NCBI GenBank assembly: GCA_950097015.1
Contig: CATNEN010000003.1
Location: 12,834,001-12,898,000 of the forward strand
Source: Macrostomum hystrix
Lineage: Eukaryota; Animalia; Platyhelminthes
DNA length: 64,000 nt
Direction of reading: 5' to 3'
The notes beneath the pieces were generated by a model, which was given only the letters and a program-made list of their open reading frames with translations, was not told the DNA's origin and made no database searches. The position numbers and the translations under genes were made by a program. Positions 12,624-24,559 of this stretch are shown here, piece after piece (within the stretch, counting starts at the first letter, position 1; every line of letters starts with the position of its first letter).

Positions 12624-15268
12624 ATGCCGTCACGCAATCACAGACGGGCCAAGCACCATCGCCAGCGCTCCAGAAAGCGCTTTGTGTTCTTAGCAACGAC
12701 TGCTTGCGTTCTTGTTTTTGGCCTGGTTATTCTAGCCAACAACAATTGGATCTACTTCACCTACTACACTCATCATGGTTGGTTTGAGTCGATGGATCAT
12801 AGTCACGTGGTTGGAGGCTTCTCAGACGATACGGAGACTGAGTCGGCGATTAAAAAGATTATAGCTGAGCAGGACAACGCCATGGTGAGGCCGCGAAGAT
12901 ACGAATGGAACGTGAGCGGTGAGTGCCAGGGTCGCATTCCGCTGCTGCTGCACCAGATCATCGGCACGAGCGATGCACCGCTCGACTATCGACCGTCCGT
13001 ATCTTCCTGTCTAAGACTGAACCCCCAGTTCGCCTACATGTTGTGGACTGACGACGATGCCAAACTGTTCATGCAGACGCACTATGCCCAGTTTTCGGGG
13101 CTGTTCAACAGCTACAGGCAGCCCTTGCAGAGGTCGGACGCTCTGAGATACTTCATTTTGCATCACTACGGAGGTGAGCAGACAACTTAACATGAGCAGA
13201 AAAATGAGAAACTGGACATGATAAAGAAAAACCGATCGAATAAAGAATGTGAAATCGATTGATAATGTTTCGATTGAATCGACCGTATGAAACGAACATA
13301 TGAAATCGATCGATAATCGACCGTAGGAAACTGATCGATAAACGAACGTATGAAATCGATCGATAATCGAACGTAGGAAATCGATAGAAAACGAACATAA
13401 GAAAATCGATCGATAGTGAATCGCCTGAAACTGCCAATTAATTAAGTAAAGTCAAAGTTTGTCTAGATTAGTTTAGATAAATTCTTTATCGATAATAAAC
13501 ATACGCTCGTAATAAAATGAATCACTACAACTTATCCACTCGAGGTGTCTACCTTGACATGGACGTACATTGTCTACGCCCGCTAGACTCTCTGGTCGCC
13601 AAGGAGACCTGCTTCTTCGATCAGGAGCGATCGGAGCAGACCAGAATTCTGCACGGAATTGAATTTGCCGTGATGAACTCAGCAATCGGTTGCGTGAGGA
13701 GGCATCCGTTCCTAGAGCAGGTGATTAACAACCTGCAAGCAGCGAAGCATAGTAAGCATGCATACTAAACTTATTTCGACTAAATGAAATGAAATGTGTT
13801 CGCTGACTGCTGAGCAAACAAGCACGCAGATACTCTACGTAGGCACACGCTCACACAGGGTATGTACATCTGCCCTGACTTTCTCATCGTCAGGCAGTGT
13901 CCACTTCACTGTGCCTTGGAGGTTGGCCCTCAAGGTCGTCAACGACAAGCCCCCAAGCCTTCTCTCTCCGCGACTGCGCCCCAAAAGAATGTAATTACCT
14001 CGCCGCGTGGAATCGAGCTCAGCGGACCTTGGTGCGAGAGGCAAACGCGTTAACCGCTCTAACAATGACTAATTAAGTATATTTATGTATGGATTACTAC
14101 GCATACTACGCGATTCCAACGCATTTTAAAAAGCATGCAGATTATTACTGAGCTGATAACTACGGGAATAGTTTAAAAGGAGTAAAACTTCGTAAATTAT
14201 GTTGGTAAAACTAAACTTTTCCTTACTGGTAAACGAATAAAAGCTGCCATCGCGATTATCAATCTATCAATTCAGCTGCAGGTCAGGACATCATCAGATC
14301 AACTGGTCCGCTCTACCTCACAAACCAACTGAAGCTGTTTCAACGAAACTATTTGATTAGTCGTCGACTGGGACTTCGCATTCTACAGCCTGATGTGTTC
14401 TCGCCATTGTTAGATAGAACAGCCAGGCTTAACGCCATTTGCGGTTAGTGCTTCCTTCTGGATATGACTGTCTCCTGTTTCCTGTTAGACAGGATTGTCT
14501 CCTGTTAGACAGGATTGTCTCCTGTTAGACAGGATTGTCTCCTATTATACAGGACTGTTTCCTGTTAGACAGGTCTGTTTCCTGTTAGACAGGATTGTCT
14601 CCTGTTAGACAGGACTGTTTCCTGTTAGACAGGACTGTTTCCTGTTAGACAGGATTGTCTCCTGTTAGACAGGACTGTTTCCTGTTAGACAGGACTGTTT
14701 CCTGTTAGACAGGATTGTCTCCTGTTAGAGAGGACTGTCTCCTGTTAGACAGGATTGTCTCCTGTTAGACAGGACTGTCTCCTGTTAGACAGGATTGTCT
14801 CCTGTTAGAGAGGACTGTCTCCTGTTAGACAGGACTGTCTATTCTATCAGTGTTTTTATAACAGCCTCTGCAGGTGCCTCACATTACTCAACTATTACAG
14901 CACCCCTGCTCAAAGAGCCAGCAGCAGCAGACTCATTTTTGGCTTCATCATCTTCGACTCAGATGAGGCTGGAATCTTGCCGTCAGCTGGCTGAGAGCTG
15001 GAACAGTAGCCGATTGTGGATCACGGATAAGACGGTGGGAATTCACCGCTTTCTACACCTCGGTTACTCGATTCACAGTGGCAACAGGCAACGGTTGAAA
15101 TTTTCTATTTCAAGCTTGTTCTATCACATTCGGAAATATTATTCGGTCGCTGAGCCATCTAGCTCTAACTACAGAACTCTCACAATTCATCGATTTAGTC
15201 GACTAAAATTGGAAGACCGAAAAACTTTTAGTAGAATAATAAATGTTTGCTTTTTGTACTTCCAGTAG
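12624..15268 (+). CDS. Type II membrane glycosyltransferase, GT32 / DXD sugar-binding family (SUR1/CSH1 MIPC-synthase-like); exons 12624-13173, 13545-13751, 14276-14443, 14865-15268
   Basis: N-terminal TM anchor; IPLLLHQ..SCLRLNPQFAYMLWTDDDA..LQRSDALRYFILHHYGG|VYLDMD..MNSAIG..HPFL..STGPLYLT; splice phases join in frame (exons 3 and 4 have alternative in-frame acceptors at 14282 and 14874). Confidence 0.85.
13797..14062 (-). mobile_element. SINE family B copy 2 (3'-truncated), intron 2 of the GT32 gene
   Basis: Reverse complement of the shared body including GAGCTCGATTCC B-box-like motif and CTGACGATGAGAAAGTCAGGGCAG. Confidence 0.85.
14470..14840. repeat. 20-bp intronic minisatellite (CCTGTTAGACAGGATTGTCT)
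   Basis: Tandem 20-bp period filling GT32 intron 3. Confidence 0.95.
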
Positions 15269-15629
15269 TGTAGTTAGAACGTAAAATGATGGACGCGATT
15301 AGCGCATTGTTGCTTTAAACGAGAACTAACATAGTATTTTTTGAAAATTTGCTTTATTTATTATGTAAAATTAGTATGCAAGGACTCCAGTCTTATCTCA
15401 TTTGGTAATTCAGGACAACATAGAGTTTACACCGACGATCGTGGAGTTAAAGCAGAGAAAATACGTTTCTTAGAATCGGCTAACATCAAATCGTTATTTT
15501 TTCAACGACACAGTTGCATTGTGACCATTGACAGCAGAAAGTCAGTACTAATTTTTAATTCGTTTGTCTGAAATCGAAAAAAACAGATGCTAACTGAGAA
15601 TCATCAAAAAAGGGTCTTGTTCCATAAAA

Positions 15630-16565
15630 CTTCAGGTCATGGGTCTTATATCCCCTGAAACTTCAGGCCATGGGTCTTATATCCCCTGAAACTTCAGGCC
15701 ATGGGTCTTATATCCCCTGAAACATCAGTCCATGGGTCTTATATCCCCTGAAACATCAGTCCATGGGTCTTATATCCCCTGAAACTTCAGTCCATGGGTC
15801 TTATATCCCCTGAAACATCAGTCCATGGGTCTTATATCCCCTGAAACATCAGTCCATGGGTCTTATATCCCCTGAAACATCAGTCCATGGGTCTTATATC
15901 CCCTGAAACATCAGTCCATGGGTCTTATATCCCCTGAAACATCAGTCCATGGGTCTTATATCCCCTGAAACATCAGTCCATGGGTCTTATATCCCCTGAA
16001 ACATCAGTCCATGGGTCTTATATCCCCTGAAACATCAGTCCATGGGTCTTATATCCCCTGAAACATCAGTCCATGGGTCTTATATCCCCTGAAACATCAG
16101 TCCATGGGTCTTATATCCCCTGAAACTTCAGTCCATGGGTCTTATATCCCCTGAAACATCAGTCCATGGGTCTTATATCCCCTGAAACATCAGTCCATGG
16201 GTCTTATATCCCCTGAAACTTCAGGCCATGGGTCTTATATCCCCTGAAACTTCAGTCCATGGGTCTTATATCCCCTGAAACTTCAGGCCATGGGTCTTAT
16301 ATCCCCTGAAACTTCAGGCCATGGGTCTTATATCCCCTGAAACATCAGTCCATGGGTCTTATATCCCCTGAAACATCAGTCCATGGGTCTTATATCCCCT
16401 GAAACTTCAGTCCATGGGTCTTATATCCCCTGAAACATCAGTCCATGGGTCTTATATCCCCTGAAACATCAGTCCATGGGTCTTATATCCCCTGAAACTT
16501 CAGGCCATGGGTCTTATATCCCCTGAAACTTCAGGCCATGGGTCTTATATCCCCTGAAACTTTAG
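15630..16565. repeat. 31-bp minisatellite (CATGGGTCTTATATCCCCTGAAACATCAGTC)
   Basis: 31-bp period, highly homogeneous. Confidence 0.97.
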
Positions 16566-17149
16566 GACCAAGGCATTTACCTTCTATGTTTAAATCAAGT
16601 CTAACTAAAAGTAAAACGGTACAATAAACAACAAAAGTACAACAAGAAAAAGACAGCAAGTATAGCGAAACATTTTAAATGATAAAGATTAAAAGACAAT
16701 GCTTTGTCAGTATGTCATTAACAAAAATACTAAGGCTTATTAGCTAAAACTAAAAAATAGATTAAACAGTTTACGAAATCTACAAAAACACACCAACATT
16801 AAAACAAAACTTTAAATAAAAAAATTTAAGATACGACGCAGATAGCGAAAATGTTTTTCCGGAACAGATGAAACTAAAACAAAACCATTTTGTTAGAATT
16901 CATTTTGAATAAAAATAAGTAGACGAGTGCACAATAAAACTACTGTAAAGAATATGCTTTGTCAAACTATAAAAATTAGTACAAAAGAATCGGTTTCGAA
17001 TGAAAAATAACTGAATTAAAATGGTTCATAGTTAAAAAGAAGACTTAAAAATTGGATTGAACATTATTAATTAAAACGCATTTTTTATATGCACGGAATA
17101 TGAGAAGAGGAGAAAAAATAGGACTGGGAAGCATATGGCGAGAGGAGAA

Positions 17150-17735
17150 GAGTGGGAAAGATGGGTAGGAGAGAAAATGGGAAGAATGGGAAAGATGGGT
17201 AGGAGAGAAAATGGGAAGAATGGGAAAGATGGGTAGGAGAGAAAATGGGAAGAATGGGAAAGATGGGTAGGAGAGAAAATGGGAAGAATGGGAAAGATGG
17301 GAAGGAGAGAAAATGGGAAGAATGGGAAAGATGGGTAGGAGAGAAAATGGGAAAGATGGGTAGGGGAGAAAATGGGAAGAATGGGAAAGATGGGTAGGAG
17401 AGAAAATGGGAAGAATGGGAAAGATGGGTAGGGGAGAAAATGGAAATAATGGGAAAGATGGGTAGGGGAGAAAAGGTGAAGAATGGGAAAGATGAGAAGG
17501 GGAGAAAAAGGGAAGAATGGGAAAGATGGATAGGAGAGAAAATGGGAAGAATGGGAAAGATGGGAAAGGGAGAAAATGGGAAGAATGGGAAAGATGGGTA
17601 GGACTAGGAGAGAAAATGGGAAGAATGGGAAAGATGGGTAGGAGAGAAAATGGGAAGAATGGGAAAGATGGGTAGGAGAGAAAATGGGAAGAATGGGAAA
17701 GATGGGTAGGAGAGAAAATGGAGACAATGGGAAAG
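17150..17735. repeat. 34-bp purine-rich minisatellite (ATGGGTAGGAGAGAAAATGGGAAGAATGGGAAAG)
   Basis: Tandem repeats about 100 bp downstream of the CPEB1-like stop codon. Confidence 0.95.
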
Positions 17736-17841
17736 TCGTGACGAAGAAAATGGGACAAATTGTAGTTGTACTAAAAAGCTCAGACCTTACAAAACAGTCT
17801 ACAGAGTGTTAATCCAAGTTAGCAGGGTCCGTCATTGAACG

Positions 17842-20119
17842 TCAATCGAAGAATTGGTTTAGTTTGTTTGAGCAAAACTTTCGACACAGAGGCGCGTGGC
17901 AGCCAGCAGCATTGATGGCTCTGTGCCAATTTGACCAGCAGTCGCTGCAGAAGCTAGAGTAGCAGCTGCTCTCGCGACAGAATAGCGGACCGGGGCGGTG
18001 GCACAGCAGGCAGGTGCTGTTGTAGGGCAGGTAAGGATCCACTTGAACCTGCATGGACAACAAGATGAAAGAGAAGTACATTTTCTTTTTGATTAAAACG
18101 CTGATTTTGAATCTGAATTTTGAATTATTTTGAATCCCACTTCCCTTTTATCCCCAATCCCACTTCCATTCTATCCCCAATCCCACTTCCGTTCTATCCC
18201 TAATCCCACTTCCCTTCTATCCCTAATCCCACTTCCCTACTATCCGTACCCCCACATTTTTCTATCATAAATCCCACTTCCCTTATATCCCTAATCTAAA
18301 TTCCTTCTTTTCCTAATCCCACTTGCCTTCTATCCCTAATCCCACTTCCCTTCTATCCCTTATCCCACTTGCCTTCTATCCCTAATCCCACTTCCCTTCT
18401 ATCCCTAATCTAAATTCCTTCTATCCCTAATCCCACTTCCCTTCTATCCCTAATCTAAATTCCTTCTATCCCTAATCCCACTTCCCTTCTATCCCTAATC
18501 TAAATTCCTTCTATCCCTAATCCCACTTCCCTTCTATCCCTAATCCCACTTCCCTTCTATCCCTTATCCCACTTCCCTTCTATCCCTTATCCCACTTCCC
18601 TTCTATCCCTAATCCCACTTCCCTTCTATCCCTAATCTAAATTCCTTCTATCCCTAATCCCACTTCCCTTCTATCCCTAATCCCACTTCCCTACTATCCG
18701 TACCCCCACATTTTTCTATCATAAATCCCACTTCCCTTATATCCCTAATCTAAATTCCTTCTTTTCCTAATCCCACTTCCCTTCTATCCCTAATCCCACT
18801 TCCATTCTATCCCACATCTCTTCTATCCCTAATTTCATTTCCATTTTATCCCTAATCCCACTATCCTTCTATCCCTAATCTAAATTCCTTCTATCCCTAA
18901 TCCCACTTCCATTCTATCCCAAATCCCACTTCCCTTCTATCCATAATTCCATTTCCATTCTATCCCTAATCGAAATTTCATTATAACCCTAATCACACTT
19001 CCCTACAATTCCATTTACCTTCCATCCTGGGAACTAAATATCCTTAATTCCGTATCCAAAAAATCCTCAAAAACAACTCGACTCCCCCCTTCCCAACTCA
19101 CAATGCGATTGTACCGCCGGTTGAGCAGTCGAACAAATCGACACTTGGCGGCCTCCATAGCCGCAGTTCTAGTTGCGAATGTGACCTGGCCAGATCCTGT
19201 AGGATACAGGTAGCGGTCGGTATCTAGGCAGACGTGAGTCACCTCGCCAAATCGGGTTGCGAATTCGACAGCCAGTGCCTTAGCTGTCACGAGGCCGTGC
19301 AGGCCGCCAACGAACACCGTCAGCTGCGGGTCGCGCGAATTCTGACTGCCGGCGGTGGGTGACACGTAAATTGAGTCACCTGAGCATTGTGGGATCAAAT
19401 GGGATCATGTTCTTCCGAATCACACACTTTCTTTACATTAGCTCTATAAATCGCTCCCTTATGAGGATTTTCTTAATTCAATATTAAACCCTTCCCTGAT
19501 TCCCTGAAACTCACCTTCTAAAACCTTTTCCCTGAATCTCACCTTAAACCCTTCGCTGATTCCCTAAATCTCACTTTCCTAAACATTTCCCTGATTTCCT
19601 GAGCAATCAACAAACTAACTGTATTTTCTCACCAGTGTACCAGGGCAAGATTTCGATGCCCCGATATCGACCATTCTCGCAGCTAGCTAATAGCCTAGCA
19701 ACCGACTGGCCAGACGGAAAGACTATAAAGCAATAGCTAGCATTGGCAGAGGCTGCTGAGTTCAGCTGTCGGCTCTTATTGGTACACGTTTTTGGCCTTT
19801 CAACGCTTTCAGCTTGAAATTCGGCAAACACAGACAGGACGAAGGATTCTAAATCGCTACTTTGCAATGGACTGTAGCGGTTGTTTGAATTTAATTTTCT
19901 AGGCATCGGAGCGGCGAAAACTTTGGTGGACAAAGGATTGACTTGGTGTTGGTGGCGAATTGCCATTGTTGCGCCTTTAGTTAGCTGGTGATCATATAGA
20001 TGCTGACGCGCCCGTTCTGGCTGCTGATGCTGCTGCGGCACTGAGCTCATTCGAGGTTGCTTGGCTTTGGAGTCTTGTATAACGACACGGGCTAGGCTTG
20101 TTGTGGTTGCAAGTATCAT
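17842..20119 (-). CDS. CPEB1: Divergent CPEB1/Orb-subfamily protein; exons about 20119-19633, 19379-19102, 18048-17842 (start uncertain)
   Basis: Degenerate RRM1 (STKVF..YCFIVF..SVARLLASC..IEILPW), RRM2 TVFVGGLHGLVTAKALA..LDTDRYLYPTGSGQVTF, VQVDPYL, ZZ domain CLLC..FCRESSCYSSFCSDCWSNWH..HAPL; GT-AG junctions in phase. Confidence 0.85.
18135..19010. repeat. 23-bp intronic minisatellite (ATCCCTAATCCCACTTCCCTTCT)
   Basis: Tandem repeats filling the last CPEB1-like intron. Confidence 0.93.
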
Positions 20120-20282
20120 ACCTTTTTGCTGAGACTGTGAGGAATGTATTTTGGATTCATGAGGGGGTAAGAGAATGGGAGGACAGTGGGTCGAATCTGA
20201 AACCGATCCTATCCCGAATCCCCTCTTTTTACCGATGCTCTCTTTTCCCGAATTAACTACTTTTTTAAACTAAGAACTTTAA

Positions 20283-21140
20283 AGAATCCTACTTTTCTAA
20301 TATCCCGAATCCTACTCCCCGAATATCCCGAATCCTACTCCCCTAATATCCCAAATTCTACTCCCCTAATATCCCCGAATCCTACTCCCCGAATATCCCG
20401 AATCCTACTTTTCTAATATCCCGAATCCTACTTTTCTAATATCCCGAATCCTACTCGCCGAATATTCCGAATCCTACTCGCCGAATATCCCGAGTTCTAC
20501 TCTCCTAATATCCCCAAATTCTACTCCCCTAATATCCCCGAATCCTGCATTCCTAATATCCCGAATCCTACTCTCCAATATCCCCGAATTCTACTCCCCT
20601 AGTATCCCCGAATCCTACTCCCCTAATATCCCAAATTCTACTCCCCTAATATCCCCGAATCCTACTTTTCTAATATCCCGAATCCTACTCCCCGAATATC
20701 CCGAATCCTACTCCCCGAATATCCCGAATCCTACTTTTCTAATATCCCGAATCCTACTCTCCTAATATCCCGAATCCTACTTTTCTAATATCCCCGAATC
20801 CTACTCCCCGAATATCCCGAATCATACTCGCCGAATATCCCGAATTCTACTCCCTAATACCCTGGAATCCTACTCTCCTAATATCCCCGAATCCTACTTC
20901 CCGAATATCCCGAATCCTACTCTCCTAATAGCCCCGAATCCTACTTTTTTAATAACCGAATCCTACTCACCGAATATCCCGAATCCTACTCCCCTAATAT
21001 CCCCGAATCCTACTCCCCGAATATCTCGAGTTCTACTCTCCTAATATCCCCGAATTCTACTCCCCTAATATCCCAAATTCTACTCCCCTAATATCCCCGA
21101 ATACTACTCCCCGAATATCCCGAATCCTACTCTCCAAATA
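20283..21140. repeat. 23-24-bp minisatellite (CCCGAATCCTACTCCCCTAATAT)
   Basis: Tandem repeats with variants. Confidence 0.93.
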
Positions 21141-22019
21141 TTCCCCAATCACCCTCCAATCTTTTCATCTGGCTCCCCTCCTATCTTGAATCCCAGTTCC
21201 TCCTATCCCCAAATCCTATCTTTAGTTAGTCCCATTCCCCTTCTCCTATCACGAATCCCATCCCTCCTATCTTTTCATCCGACTCCTCTTGTATCTTGAA
21301 TCCTAGTCCCCGACCCCCCGTACCCCTAATCTCCCGATAGGCGATTTTTTTATATTTAATATTCAATGGAACGCAACTTGTAAATATATTATTCTTACCT
21401 AATTTAAAGTTGACGCTAAATTTAGGCGCTTGCAAAGATAACAATTGTACATACAACTCACTTATTTAAAACGAGTTAGTTATTTTGATAAGTGAATAAC
21501 AGTTAAATGAATTTGTTGGATTATAAATACAGTGACTATTTAGGCCAAGTCTGGACTCTGGAGTTGGAGAGGGAACTAAAAGAAAAACAATTTGTCTGTA
21601 CCAGACACGACCCAGACAGACTTGTTTACAAGAAGCATTAAATTTATTCGACTGATTTCATGTAGGCTGTTTAATTGGACTTCATTAATTGTTTTTTTCG
21701 TCCTTCTAATTTGAACAGCATCAAACAACCTAGGCATTAAGCCAGGGATCAGGAGAGGGAGGGGTCGTAAAACAAATGAAGTCTGTCTGCCTATGCCTGA
21801 GACTGACTGATAAGGAAACAAATAGGTGTGAAAATTAGGTCGTCTGACAATAAACTGGACTACAAAGTTGGATTATACTGCGTATACTGCCTTGATTTAA
21901 ACGCAAGTCGAAAAACAAATGCAATTCCTTACGCTGTTTCTGTTATTGAGCTTTGTAAACAATAAACTTGTTGCCTATAAAGCATAGGAACTGTAAAAGT
22001 TCTTGATTTTGATCTAGAT

Positions 22020-22551
22020 CAGGAGTCGGCAAACTTTCTAGCTAGCGGGCCTCTGAAAGACGACTGTGCATATTCAATGTAAAAATATGAGATAGGGGAG
22101 AAATAAGACAGCAGAGATGACAGGGGGAGATAAGACACACGAGAGAAGACACAGGAGAGATGAAACACGGCATAGACGACACACGGGATAGATGAGATAC
22201 GGAAGAGATGAGACACGAATCATCTTTCCACTGTCACATATCTCATCGGTCTCATCTCCCGTGTCTTATCTCTCCTGTGTCTTATCTCTCCTGTGTCTTA
22301 TCTCTCCTGTCTCATCTCTTCTGTGTCTCATCTTTCCCGTGTCTCATCTCCCCTGCGTCTTATCTCTCCTGTGCCTCATCTCTCCTGTGTCTCATCTCTC
22401 CCGTGTCTCATCTCTCATGTGTCTCATCTATCCTGTGTCTTATCTCTTCTGTCTCATCTCCCCTATCTCAATTTCTACAGCCAATCCCTAATCGCTGTCG
22501 TCTTTAAGGTTCTCTATTTGGCTTGCTAGCTATTAAGTTTGCCGACCCCTG
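22020..22551. mobile_element. hAT/Charlie-type MITE with internal inverted arrays of about 17-bp subrepeats
   Basis: 17-bp TIRs CAGGAGTCGGCAAACTT / AAGTTTGCCGACCCCTG (1 mismatch); left flank ATCTAGAT fits the Charlie NTCTAGAN target but the right flank does not duplicate it. Confidence 0.75.
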
Positions 22552-24559
22552 CTGTATACACTATACACTCAGCAATTTATACACTATACGCTCAGTAATT
22601 GGTACTTGTATGATGGCGAGACGTATTTTACATTTATGTCCATGACTGTGTTCTATATTAATCTTAACCACTATGCGAGTGTATGCAGCAGGGGCCACTG
22701 GACTGGATTATTTGAAGAGTTATTTGTCGGTCTCTTGTTTATAGGGGATATGTATGCTGCTTTTAATTAATTATCTTACAGTTACGACGAAACTTGTCAA
22801 TTAAACATTCTTATATTGATATATATATACATTTAAATGCTAAAGGAATCGGATTGGAGTTTATTCAGTTACCGTCTGACCCAGTAGACAGTTTAAGTAT
22901 AAGTTATCACCCACTTTTTTTATTTATTTTGGCCGGGAACGGCTGAGGACTCGTTTATTGGCCGAGGCGAAGCCGAGACATTTGAGTCGAAGTATCCTGC
23001 TTCGCTGTAGATCGTGTGATCTTTTGCAATTACAGAATTTACAAGGCTAGGCTAAGCCCAATAAATTTTTCTTCTCCAAAAGCTTGTTTCTTTAGCTTGT
23101 TATAGTACGTATTCATAAAAGTGTTTTTAAATCAAGCTTTTCTAAGACATCGCTTGGCGTAATCCTAAGCGTAATTGCGCATCAGCCTGAACGAAGGCGG
23201 TACTGGTGCACGCTATCCATATCAGAACCAAAGTAGGATTCATATTCATATATAAATAAAATACGATAAATTACAGTCACCACAGTAGAACTACATGGTA
23301 TTGTTTAGTTTGTCACTCCGCCTCGTAGACGGCTTCTATTCTAAGTTGTAGGTGTACTTGTAAATAATACTACTAATTGCCAATTCCTGCATTGGCATCG
23401 CCTAGGCCTATGGGTCATACTAAACATCTATTAAAATTAATTTTTTTAGAAATTATAAAAGAAATACTTTTTAGCAACCTTTCATTATAGGTAATATAAT
23501 ATCTAAGGGACTATGGTAATGGTAATATAGCTAGGTCGTCAAACTTTTGCTAGGTCTAGACTAAAACATCAAAACCCCTTTCTGTATATCTGTAATTGAC
23601 CTTATGGTCATCTTACTCAGGCTAAAACTGCAAGTAGTATATCTAACACCTATTGATATAGTAATTCCTAATTTATTCTAGTTTAGTAGTTTTTACTTAG
23701 TCTTCTGTTTAGTCTACTAGCTAACAAGCTAATCATTTCGAAATAGCTCACTTAAGTTATCCAATTTTCACAAGTTTTAAAATAAAATGAATTTAATTCT
23801 TCAACTTCTAGCCAATCAAAACAAATCTGTATTATATAATATTGAGACTTTTAAGTTATTTAAAAATAGGGGCCTACTTTATTTCAGAATACTTTTCATG
23901 TAAATCTTAATTGAAGGCAGAGGGCCTAGGACATTTAGCTATTTAGCTACAAGCTAGTAGCATGGCTATCTAAAGTAAGTAGCTATGGTGCATTTATGCT
24001 CTCTGATATATGATCTAGTTCTTTCCTTGAGCATTAATATAAAATAAGTTATATTTCGTAATAATCAGTTAATCCATTTTTTATTCCATTGTATAATGAG
24101 GCAAGATAACATAGCTAGATTAAACATAATAACAGCCTACCATTGTGCTTACAAGTTCAATAAAATACAATGAAACTGATGTTCTTTTTGCTATTAAAAC
24201 ATATTTGAAGAGTATATAATAATAATACATTTATAATTTCAAATGTCTGTTTTAAATATCATTTTTAAACAATCTAGCTAGCAAGCTATAACTCTGATTA
24301 AAATTGCAACTAGATGTAACAATGACATAGCTAATTGTTTATCTACCTACTTAGTATATATAATATATTTTGATAAACTTCAAAATAATTCTAGCTAAGG
24401 TAGGCCCAATAGAAAGAACAAAAAGGTAAAAGTATTACAAAACTGGTAGAGAGGAAACTTCTACCATAGCTACTGCCATAGCTACAAACTTTCTGTTAAA
24501 TTCCCTGACCTTAAATTTTCCAGTAATTCATCACTGCATTGCCCAAGCAGCTCAACAAA

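Noticed and set aside
13835-14065. Recurrent small ORF family (..LPDDEK.RADVHT.., ..SSSGSVHSHCALEVGP..)
   Set aside because: Translations of SINE-B copies; frames are not preserved between copies
17045-17758. 237-aa and 218-aa hydrophobic ORFs
   Set aside because: Translations of the 34-bp purine/pyrimidine array
18135-19010. Interstitial telomere
   Set aside because: CCCTAA occurs only once per 23-bp unit, never as tandem hexamers
22960-22980. CCGAGGCGAAGCCGAG hairpin-like motif as a Helitron/Crypton end
   Set aside because: No partner terminus or second copy could be identified in the window
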